Virus record (IMG/VR): IMGVR_UViG_2881085443_000001
Source of the DNA: an uncultured virus (IMG/VR IMGVR_UViG_2881085443_000001)
Lineage: Duplodnaviria; Heunggongvirae; Uroviricota; Caudoviricetes; Crassvirales
Direction: 5' to 3' (one strand)
DNA length: 64,000 nt
Part shown: positions 37,399 through 45,275 of the stretch, piece after piece
How the letters are laid out: each line of letters begins with the position of its first letter
How positions within the stretch are numbered: the stretch's first letter is position 1
The notes under the pieces: model-generated
Databases searched by the model: none
Seen by the model: the letters and a program-made list of their open reading frames with translations, nothing else
What the model was told of the DNA's origin: nothing
Position numbers and translations under genes: made by a program

Positions 37399-37835
37399 GT
37401 AGAGAAATTAAGTTTAGGGGAATGACAAAAGCTAACAATGTAATGGTTTTTGGAGATTTAATTGTTTGTCCTAATGGAGAGCATAGAATGTTATGGTTTG
37501 AACTAAAAGGAGAATTACCATTAGACTTAGATTACAATTCATTTAATGAAGTTGTACAATCTAGTACTATTAGTCAATTCACAGGGCTACAAGATAAAAA
37601 CGGTTTAGATATTTATGAGGGTGATATTTTACATAAAAAAATAGAACTTGAAGGAGGCATAAAAGGAAATTGGATTGTTGTTTATGGTGAAGGTGGTTTT
37701 GATATTAAAAACATTGATACATCTGCGGAGGTTAAAACAATGTATCTAAAAAAATACTGGAAACATTCTTATGAGGTCATTGGAAATATTTACGAAAATC
37801 CAGAACTATTAGCCGTTCCTACCGCTGTCCTGTAA
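37395..37835 (+). CDS. cassette 7 gene B, YopX family protein
   Basis: REIKFRG, QFTGLQDKNGLDIYEGDI and EVIGNIYENPELL. Confidence 0.9.
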   Translation: MSREIKFRGMTKANNVMVFGDLIVCPNGEHRMLWFELKGELPLDLDYNSFNEVVQSSTISQFTGLQDKNGLDIYEGDILHKKIELEGGIKGNWIVVYGEGGFDIKNIDTSAEVKTMYLKKYWKHSYEVIGNIYENPELLAVPTAVL

Positions 37836-37963
37836 CGGATTGTGGCTTTGTCTTGTTGCCAAAAAACACAAGACCAACTTTAAATTAAAGACAAATTATG
37901 GAATCACAAAACAATAATTCAGTTCAAGACCAATCTGGCAATAAGTCAAAACCGTTGTTAGCA
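37830..37963. repeat. attC-like site 8
   Basis: CTGTAAC...GGCTTTGTCTTGTTGCCA / TGGCAATAAGTCAAAACC...GTTAGCA. Confidence 0.75.
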
Positions 37964-38422
37964 AATCGGCTTTTTAGAGGTTATTCTAAAAAGCATAATA
38001 ATTGGATTTATGGCGACTTAATTCACACTCCCGAAAAACAAACAAGAATTATAAATTATACAGATATTAGCAGCGATGGAGTTGATGATTTTGTAACTAT
38101 AAATGAATTAGTTGAAATAAATTCTATTGGTCAATTTACAAGCTCAATTGATAAAAATGCAGAAACAATTTGTGAAGGCGATATATTATCAAAAGTAGAA
38201 ATTGAAAAATTAGGTGAAAATATACAGTATTTTTATGTTGTAAAGTGGTCAAGTTCTAACGATGGCTACAGATGTATTCAATATAAATTAGATGAAGATG
38301 AAAACGGTGTTTATTGGAGAAAAATAGACAGTTCAAGCGCAATATCAATGGTAATTTGTTATAATCACATTATAGGAACTGTTTTTGAAAATCAGCATCT
38401 TTTTAACCGTAATTTTGAGTAA
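37898..38422 (+). CDS. cassette 8 YopX family protein (start codon inside site 8)
   Basis: RLFRG...WIYGDL...GQFTSSIDKNAETICEGDI...IIGTVFEN. Confidence 0.8.
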   Translation: MESQNNNSVQDQSGNKSKPLLANRLFRGYSKKHNNWIYGDLIHTPEKQTRIINYTDISSDGVDDFVTINELVEINSIGQFTSSIDKNAETICEGDILSKVEIEKLGENIQYFYVVKWSSSNDGYRCIQYKLDEDENGVYWRKIDSSSAISMVICYNHIIGTVFENQHLFNRNFE

Positions 38423-38428
38423 GCTGTT

Positions 38429-38558
38429 TGCTAACGGAAAAGCTAACCGATGTTCAGGAAAAGTAAGGACTGAACTTCGGATTATTACAAATCTTACAGA
38501 CACAAAACAATAATTAAATTTAACCTAAAGCCTGAATAGCGGTTAGCGTATGTTATCA
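38429..38558. repeat. attC-like site 9
   Basis: TGCTAAC...GCTAACCGATGTTCAGG / CCTGAATAGCGGTTAGC...GTTATCA. Confidence 0.8.
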
Positions 38559-38582
38559 CTTCGGCTTTTTATTCCACTAAAT

Positions 38583-38831
38583 ATGAACTCAAAAGAATTG
38601 AAAAAAGAGCAATTTATCGCAAAAGCTATGGAAAACAAAAAGAAATTTGAAATACATAAAAGACTTATTGAGGAAAATTTATGTATTGGTGGCGAAATGT
38701 ATATTAAAGATTTAAAAGTATTTGCTAACTATCAGATAGTAGATAATCAATTGCTTTTAAATTTAATGGAATATGCTGAAAGTTTTGCTAAAGAATATGC
38801 AGAATTACAAGCTTCCAACCAAGCTGAGTGA
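38583..38831 (+). CDS. cassette 9 hypothetical protein
   Basis: ORF open from 38550; ATG at 38583 is the likely start. Confidence 0.65.
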   Translation: MNSKELKKEQFIAKAMENKKKFEIHKRLIEENLCIGGEMYIKDLKVFANYQIVDNQLLLNLMEYAESFAKEYAELQASNQAE

Positions 38832-38848
38832 TAACTTGTTTATAGGCG
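38829..38848 (-). other. attI-like site
   Basis: Minus strand reads CGCCTATAAACAAG|TTATCA; core present but no hairpin partner. Confidence 0.5.
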
Positions 38849-38951
38849 TGATTCATAATATTGCACCACCCAGCAATCATTGAGGTTAGCAGACAAATAA
38901 AAATATAAATTCATAAATTTATACTACATATCAACTTCAAAAAATTGCACC

Positions 38952-39176
38952 ATGAAATTATCAGAAAAGATAAAAGAGCATTTAAGTGAAAGAATTGAAA
39001 ATGGAGAATTGAACAATGACGACATGGTACAAATAATAGAACACCTCGGCTCCTATCTGAATTTAAAAACAATTCCGGATTACGCCAAAGAAAACAAACG
39101 CTCCTACAACGGAGTAAAAAACCACAGAACTATACGGATTATTTTTAATGTTAAATTCGTGATAGACAATGACTAA
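38952..39176 (+). CDS. small putative DNA-binding protein
   Basis: 74 aa; LKTIPDYAKENKRSYNGVK is HTH-like. Confidence 0.55.
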   Translation: MKLSEKIKEHLSERIENGELNNDDMVQIIEHLGSYLNLKTIPDYAKENKRSYNGVKNHRTIRIIFNVKFVIDND

Positions 39177-39185
39177 ACCAAAACC

Positions 39186-39713
39186 ATGAGTAAAACTATT
39201 GAACTAGCTAAAAAATTAAAAGCGCTTGCTGACAAAGGAATTGGCGGCGAGAAAATCAATGCTGAAAAAATGCTTACTGATTTACTGAAAAAACATAATT
39301 TGACTATTGAAGAAATAGAAGGAGAAAAAGAACAAGACTATTTTTTTATTGTTTCAAAAGAGGATTTTAAATTATGGTACCAGATCGTGAAAAAAGTAAA
39401 CAATGATATAAAAGTCTTTGGTCCGTTCCCTATTAAGATGCAAAAAGAAATGTATCTAAAAGGAAACTATATGGTTTCTTGCTCGGTTTCAAACTACATT
39501 GAAATTGAAGCTAAAAATGATTTTTATCAACGTTTGTTCAAGGATGAATTGGACTTGTTTAGCTCGGCATTTATTCACGCCAATGATCTAGAAGTGGACC
39601 TGTCCGGTAAAGAAGCTCCGGAACTTTCCAGGGAAGAGTACAATCAATTAATCAGGGTGCGCGACATGGCTGACAAAATTAAGAAAGGTACGTTTTTAAA
39701 ACAGTTACAATAA
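39186..39713 (+). CDS. DUF2786-like protein
   Basis: KKLKALADKGIGGEKINAEKMLTDLLKKHNL N-terminus. Confidence 0.65.
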   Translation: MSKTIELAKKLKALADKGIGGEKINAEKMLTDLLKKHNLTIEEIEGEKEQDYFFIVSKEDFKLWYQIVKKVNNDIKVFGPFPIKMQKEMYLKGNYMVSCSVSNYIEIEAKNDFYQRLFKDELDLFSSAFIHANDLEVDLSGKEAPELSREEYNQLIRVRDMADKIKKGTFLKQLQ

Positions 39714-39896
39714 ATGCAGCAATTCACGATACAATACTGGTTTTATTACCAAGGCGCAAACGAAAAAGACTTCGACGAAACGACCATACCTGCAGCGACC
39801 TACGAAGCAGCAGTAGCTATATTAAAATCAATACGCAAAAATATTTTTAATCTAACTGATAAAACCAATTATAAATTATGTCAAATTTCACAATAG
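39714..39896 (+). CDS. hypothetical protein
   Basis: 60-aa ORF coupled to the upstream stop codon. Confidence 0.5.
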   Translation: MQQFTIQYWFYYQGANEKDFDETTIPAATYEAAVAILKSIRKNIFNLTDKTNYKLCQISQ

Positions 39897-40249
39897 ATTT
39901 CTTTGAATTATTATTTCTAGCAGAAGTTTGTGTACCACCACGGCCCATTGCTAGGGCGATGTTTTGGGAAAGCATGAGTGATGTTCATTATCACAAAATG
40001 TCAGACGATGAACGCTTGAAAATGTTCGAGTTTCTAAAACCAAAATTAGATTTAGAAAATGAAGATTGCAGGTATTTCTTCGCCAGATACAATCCATTAA
40101 ATCAATACATGGTAAGCTGTTTTCATAACGGCAAAGCAGAAGAGATTCATTGCTTCCGTTTCAACGAACAATTTCATACTTCAAAAAACAGACACATAAA
40201 TCCGGACTATATTAAAAGTTCTGTGAAAGTCACGGTTACTGTACAATAG
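39878..40249 (+). CDS. hypothetical protein
   Basis: 123-aa ORF ending at a terminator. Confidence 0.65.
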   Translation: MSNFTIDFFELLFLAEVCVPPRPIARAMFWESMSDVHYHKMSDDERLKMFEFLKPKLDLENEDCRYFFARYNPLNQYMVSCFHNGKAEEIHCFRFNEQFHTSKNRHINPDYIKSSVKVTVTVQ

Positions 40250-40250
40250 A

Positions 40251-40277
40251 AAAAGCCTGCTCAATAGCAGGCTTCTT
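40251..40277. terminator. terminator between convergent units
   Basis: AAGCCTGCT-CAAT-AGCAGGCTT. Confidence 0.7.
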
Positions 40278-40315
40278 CATGACTGGGAAAAGTCAAACCA
40301 AACGAAAATGGTATT

Positions 40316-41332
40316 TTATAGAGCTTTATGCTCTGCTATTTTTTTTGTGATCCAATCCGCATCATTCATGAATCTTGGAGACAAGTCCTTTCCAAGTACT
40401 GCAACATATTCTTCTCTTAGTTTTTCTAAGTCAGATGTTTCGGCAGCTGCTTCTTTTTTAGCTTCTACAGCAGGAACTTCTTGTTTTACTACATCAGTGG
40501 CCGCTTCGTTTTTTGGTGCGTATTCCAGCTCCATTTCAGCTCTGATCTCTGCGCGAAGTTCTGCTTCTGATTTAGTAGCAACAACTTCAACGTCATTAAC
40601 AACTACATTCGCAACTTCGGTTTTCTCTCCTATTCTTTGCAATACGCCAGTTGAAGTCTCATTTTCTTTTGATAAAAATTCTCCTAATTTATCAATTCCA
40701 GTTTCTCCTTCAGCAACTCTTACAATAATTCCTTCTTTACCGTCGTTCCATACAACAGCCGTTCTGTGCGCGTTGTATTTTACGATTTTTTTAGTGAATG
40801 CTAATGCTGCAATAAGACGACTTTCGTAATCTGGTTTCGCCATTTCAGCTAGCAATACTTTGCTGTGATTCTTGGCGTATTTCAACAACTCTGTTTTGCA
40901 TTTGAATGCACCCCAGTCAGCCGCTTCTAATGAAACTACGATCATAGCCATTGCCTGCAATTTGAATTCGTCTTTCTCCGTGATGATAGAGTTTGATGCT
41001 CTGGTAAGAATTTCAAATTCATTTACCTCAGCTTCTGCAGTTGCTTCTTCGTTTACCAAAACATAATGTTTGCCAAACCAAGAGTGTTTTTTTAATAATT
41101 CGTTTAGCACCCAGTTTTCATCAGCAACTCTGATCTCTCCGTCTTCAAACCATACGGCTTTTGAAGCTTCATCCCCTTTGTAGTCCTCGACAAAAATACT
41201 GTCCGAACCTGGAATATAATGGATCTTTTTTAATCTTTTCTCTCCATCAACCATCTTTGCAACCATTTCTGTTCTGATTGGCAGTTGATATGATCCAGAA
41301 GTTTTCCCGTTTTTTAATTTGTAAACATTCAT
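40316..41332 (-). CDS. hypothetical protein following the capsid gene
   Basis: 338 aa with strongly biased codon usage. Confidence 0.6.
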   Translation of the reverse strand: MNVYKLKNGKTSGSYQLPIRTEMVAKMVDGEKRLKKIHYIPGSDSIFVEDYKGDEASKAVWFEDGEIRVADENWVLNELLKKHSWFGKHYVLVNEEATAEAEVNEFEILTRASNSIITEKDEFKLQAMAMIVVSLEAADWGAFKCKTELLKYAKNHSKVLLAEMAKPDYESRLIAALAFTKKIVKYNAHRTAVVWNDGKEGIIVRVAEGETGIDKLGEFLSKENETSTGVLQRIGEKTEVANVVVNDVEVVATKSEAELRAEIRAEMELEYAPKNEAATDVVKQEVPAVEAKKEAAAETSDLEKLREEYVAVLGKDLSPRFMNDADWITKKIAEHKAL

Positions 41333-41350
41333 AATTTTTGAAATTAAGTT

Positions 41351-41390
41351 AAAAAAAATACAGCAGTGTCATTACAACACTGCTGTTATT
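41351..41390 (-). terminator. terminator after the major capsid gene
   Basis: ACAGCAGTGT/ACACTGCTGT stem followed on the minus strand by a T-run. Confidence 0.7.
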
Positions 41391-41395
41391 TATTA

Positions 41396-42745
41396 CTATG
41401 TATAGGCGATGTTACGTCTTCCTACAATGTATTCATTTGCTCCAATTACTTGGTTCAATTGCTCTTGTGTAAAGTGAGCTTCCATAGTATCTTTCTTGTG
41501 TTCTGTAAATCCAGGACCAAAAAGTTTTACTTGTTTCTTTCTGTCAGTAAACTGAGATTTTCTGTAACGAATAGAAAGGTAAGCCTTGTCTATTGTTGCT
41601 CCGTCTTCAGTGACTGATTTAAATCCTGCTGGTACCATGATAAACGCTGGAGCAGTAGTTTTGAAATGTTCAGCTCCTAAGAACTGTGGATCGTCCAATA
41701 CTCTCAAACCAGTAATAAAGAAAGTAATTCCTAAGATAGAAACACTTTGGAAGTCTAACGCAAGCGCCATTTCTTTACTGTTATTGAAAATACCGTAGTT
41801 AGCACCGTTTACAAATCCTGCATTCACGCCAGCCAACATAGTGTTGAACTTGAACATTTGTGTGTGATCTGCGTAGATTGTGTAACTAGTACAACCACCT
41901 TGCTGCTTGATTCTATAAGCAATGTCAGCCAAGTCTTCGATGTTCTCGATGTACTCATTAGCTACATTTCCTCTTTCCTCAATTTGCTGGATAATACCTT
42001 TCATACCACGCGTTTTACCTGCAGTAGTAGAGGCAGCATTGTCAGCAGCTCTATTGTGGAACAAGTGTGTCAACTCAGCCAAGTTGTCAAAATAACGAGA
42101 GTTATTCGAAAGCTCGTAGTTAAACCACATTGGACCGTCCGGAGTTTCTAACCACGTATCATGCGCTCTATCAGAGTCATTAATGTCGTAGAATCCTTTT
42201 AGGATATGACTGTAGTTTTTGTAGATACTTGGATCCCAGTGGAAACCTTGTGAGAAGTTCTCAGTACCTTTAGCAAAACGGTTAGAAGAGCTAAACAAAG
42301 TTACATTTCCTGCAAAAGCAAAAGCAGCAACAGTATCACTCAACGCCGTGAATACTTTAGAAGAGGCAACAGCAGTAACGATTGCTTGATCTTCATTGGT
42401 ACCATCAGAAATACGGATTACATCATCTACACGCAATTGGTGATCAGTTGGTGATGTGAAAACATTACCGGCTACGGCAACATTTTTAGAAATTGTATGC
42501 AATCTGTTTTGTTCTCCGTGTTGGATTTGATCAGATGCATAAGTACCCTCAGAGCCAGTCATACGAGTGAAACCAAGTATAGAACCTTTTCCGTGTCTCA
42601 TGTGAAACTTGGAAACTAATTCTGGTTGGTACACCATTGCGTAATCGTAAGGATCAATGAAAGTAGCAGCGGATTTAATTGCGTTAGCAGGTCTGTCAAT
42701 AACAGCTGCGCCCAATAAATTGTTGTCGGTTAATTCGAAGGCCAT
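41396..42745 (-). CDS. major capsid protein
   Basis: 449 aa, highly biased codons, RGMKGIIQQIEERGN motif; follows the scaffold gene and precedes a terminator. Confidence 0.75.
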   Translation of the reverse strand: MAFELTDNNLLGAAVIDRPANAIKSAATFIDPYDYAMVYQPELVSKFHMRHGKGSILGFTRMTGSEGTYASDQIQHGEQNRLHTISKNVAVAGNVFTSPTDHQLRVDDVIRISDGTNEDQAIVTAVASSKVFTALSDTVAAFAFAGNVTLFSSSNRFAKGTENFSQGFHWDPSIYKNYSHILKGFYDINDSDRAHDTWLETPDGPMWFNYELSNNSRYFDNLAELTHLFHNRAADNAASTTAGKTRGMKGIIQQIEERGNVANEYIENIEDLADIAYRIKQQGGCTSYTIYADHTQMFKFNTMLAGVNAGFVNGANYGIFNNSKEMALALDFQSVSILGITFFITGLRVLDDPQFLGAEHFKTTAPAFIMVPAGFKSVTEDGATIDKAYLSIRYRKSQFTDRKKQVKLFGPGFTEHKKDTMEAHFTQEQLNQVIGANEYIVGRRNIAYT

Positions 42746-42767
42746 TATTTTTTAATTTAGAGTGTGA

Positions 42768-43910
42768 TTAAATACCAAATTGTACTCCAAATCCCCTTGG
42801 TTTTTCAAAAATATCTTTACTTCCGGAAGCATTCCCATTACTGGCAATACGATTCCTGCTGTAGTTGATATTGTTTTCATTTTGAAGCAAGCGCTCTGTG
42901 TTTTCGGCAACAGCCTTATTCACAATTGCGGAAACTTCCTTTTCCCAGTTTTTAGGATCCAAACGCCAAATACCTTTTGCTAGGCCCTGGTGGTCAAATC
43001 CTTTTTCGGTGCGAAATAATTTAGCTACGGTCTGATCTACGTCTTCTGTTAAAGCAAACATGTTTTTCTTGTCTTCTTTATCATGCTCGTATTCATAGGT
43101 AGAAACTTCTTTCTTACCGTTATTATCAAACTCCATACTTAAAGAGGTTTTGGCGACACTGTCCACCGCTACTTTCATTTCTTCAATATAAGCTTGTCTT
43201 GTTCTTTGATGTTCGTCAAAGATTGTTTTTTCAACTTGTTGTCCATCGGCCAGCGTTACCATTTCCTTTCCGGAAACATTCTCTGTAGCTAATGGCGTTT
43301 TGTATTTTTCTTGCGAAATTTTAAGTTCCGCTTTGTATTCTTTTACAAACTTGTTCAGTTTTATTTTATCCACTGAACTCAAATCCTTTAGATCAGATAA
43401 ATCAATTCCCAAAACGTCTTCGATGTAGGCTTGTGCATCCTCAGCAGATAAATCCATTCCGGTTTCTTCTTTGGCCTTGGCTACTGCTAAATCCAGAACT
43501 GGAATTTCATCTATGTTTTGCTGTAATTTTTGGTAATCGGATAAGCCTCTTCCGGTTTCTTTATTGTAATCCAAAATAGCTTTAAGCTCCGGGTTAATCC
43601 CTTCGTACGGATTGACTTCTTTTACTTTTTCCTGGAATAAATCATCAAGATTCTCTACTTCTCTTCCTTTGGATTTAAAATAAGAACGAACTTGATCGTC
43701 ATTTAATGCTACTTCATCTGTGCTTGTAGGGTGATTGGCTATAATATCATTTGATGCTTCAGCAGCATTCGTAGCCTCGGCAGTGGTTTCCACGGATTCC
43801 TCAGTAGTTGTAGCCGTTGGTTCAGCAGCAGCTGTTTGAGTTGCTGTAGCTTCTGCAGTAGCAGTGTTTTCTAACGCTGATTCCATTTCTTTGTTAATAC
43901 CAAATGCCAT
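42768..43910 (-). CDS. capsid scaffolding protein
   Basis: Acidic Ala/Thr/Glu-rich N-terminus, helical, immediately upstream of the capsid gene. Confidence 0.6.
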   Translation of the reverse strand: MAFGINKEMESALENTATAEATATQTAAAEPTATTTEESVETTAEATNAAEASNDIIANHPTSTDEVALNDDQVRSYFKSKGREVENLDDLFQEKVKEVNPYEGINPELKAILDYNKETGRGLSDYQKLQQNIDEIPVLDLAVAKAKEETGMDLSAEDAQAYIEDVLGIDLSDLKDLSSVDKIKLNKFVKEYKAELKISQEKYKTPLATENVSGKEMVTLADGQQVEKTIFDEHQRTRQAYIEEMKVAVDSVAKTSLSMEFDNNGKKEVSTYEYEHDKEDKKNMFALTEDVDQTVAKLFRTEKGFDHQGLAKGIWRLDPKNWEKEVSAIVNKAVAENTERLLQNENNINYSRNRIASNGNASGSKDIFEKPRGFGVQFGI

Positions 43911-44075
43911 AATAATAGTTTTTCGTTATGATTGTAGCAAATGTAATAAATAATATTTATCAAATACAAATTATTTATACTAAAAATAGTTTTTGACTAT
44001 TGAAATTACTATACCAATCGATAAAAAGTGTTTTGAAGTTGTATTATTAGTGTAAATAATTTATACTTTTGAAAA

Positions 44076-44819
44076 ATGATAATTTTCAAGAACGAACATA
44101 ATAGTATTGTTTTCAATAAGCCTTGGCAGGAAACAACAAAACATATTCCTGACGGATATTTTGATTACGTAGTTGATGATGTTCCTTATGGAATTAACGT
44201 TGGCAAAATGGCGTTTTTAAATGAAACTAAGAATACAACAAAACAGAAAAACGGGAGTCGATTAAGTGCTAATAAAAATAAAAAAGTTTATACTTTAAAA
44301 GATTGGGATAATTCAGCTCCTGGTCAAGAATATTTTGATGAAATGAGAAGGATCTCTAAACATCAAATAATCTTTGGAGTTGAATATGTAAGTTGGAATG
44401 GTTTAGGAAGTGGCAGGATAAAATGGAATAAAGGAGTTCCAGAAGGAATGAGTTTTAAAGATAATGAAATGGCTTATTGTTCTAGCATTAATCATACTCA
44501 TGAAATAGATTTGTTATGGGCAGGAATGCAGCAAGCGGAGAATTTAAAAAATCCAATGCGCCAGCAAGGAAATAAAAAATTAAATGAAAAAAGAATACAC
44601 CCTTGTCATAAACCTATTCTTTTATATAAAAAAATAGCTATTGATTTTGAATTAGAAGGAAAGAAAGTATATTGTGGTCACAATGGTTCAGGAAGTGATA
44701 GGATTGCTCTTTACAACTACGCTAGTGAATTTGTTGCAAATGAAATAGATAAAGAATATTTCGATTTACAAGAATCACGTTTTAAAATTCATATTAATCA
44801 ACAATCATTATTCTTATAA
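44076..44819 (+). CDS. DNA N6/N4 methyltransferase (beta class), stand-alone
   Basis: DVPYG catalytic-type motif, IHPCHKP and GHNGSGS...NEIDKEYF; own promoter (TACTTTTG 44064) and terminator (44827-44857). Confidence 0.8.
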   Translation: MIIFKNEHNSIVFNKPWQETTKHIPDGYFDYVVDDVPYGINVGKMAFLNETKNTTKQKNGSRLSANKNKKVYTLKDWDNSAPGQEYFDEMRRISKHQIIFGVEYVSWNGLGSGRIKWNKGVPEGMSFKDNEMAYCSSINHTHEIDLLWAGMQQAENLKNPMRQQGNKKLNEKRIHPCHKPILLYKKIAIDFELEGKKVYCGHNGSGSDRIALYNYASEFVANEIDKEYFDLQESRFKIHINQQSLFL

Positions 44820-44881
44820 ACAAAAAAAAAGAGCCGGATTTTAAGTCCAGCTCTTTTGTATATTGTGTTTCTTGGTATGTT

Positions 44882-45199
44882 TTATTTATAAATATCGATA
44901 AGCCAAACCACATCTTTCTGATTTCGGCACCAGGGATAACTATAATTATAAGTAAATCGCTTGGTAACTTTGAGATCAGGAACTACAGTTGCGATTGCTA
45001 CTTCCTTCTTTCGATGTTCCTGAAAAGCAACAACACTATGAGGTACAAACGATACTTTTTTTACCTCTACAGGAGCCGTAGCTTCAAAGGCAATCTTTTC
45101 TGTTTTATGCTTTTCTGGATACACCTTGGGGACCGCTAAGGTCGCAAAAGAAGAAAAAACAAAACAGACTAAAAACGTCATTAAAAATAATTTTTTCAT
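44882..45199 (-). CDS. secreted hypothetical protein
   Basis: Signal peptide MKKLFLMTFLVCFVFSSFA; CAAACATA promoter element at 45234. Confidence 0.6.
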   Translation of the reverse strand: MKKLFLMTFLVCFVFSSFATLAVPKVYPEKHKTEKIAFEATAPVEVKKVSFVPHSVVAFQEHRKKEVAIATVVPDLKVTKRFTYNYSYPWCRNQKDVVWLIDIYK

Positions 45200-45275
45200 T
45201 GTTTTAATATTTGGTTAAACATTTAGTGAATACAAACATAATAAAAATTTACATTGATAGTATAATAAATTTGTA

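Larger units (their letters stand above)
34211..38848. mobile_element. integron-like gene cassette array: nine attC-like hairpins and a terminal attI-like site, no integrase in window
   Basis: TAAC...imperfect inverted repeat...GTTA elements between genes; each gene is flanked by its own inverted ends. Confidence 0.8.

Noticed and set aside
34211..38848. CRISPR array or simple terminators as the explanation of the repeats
   Set aside because: The repeats are long, divergent hairpins separated by whole genes, have no consistent T-tail after the stem, and show cross-gene end complementarity.
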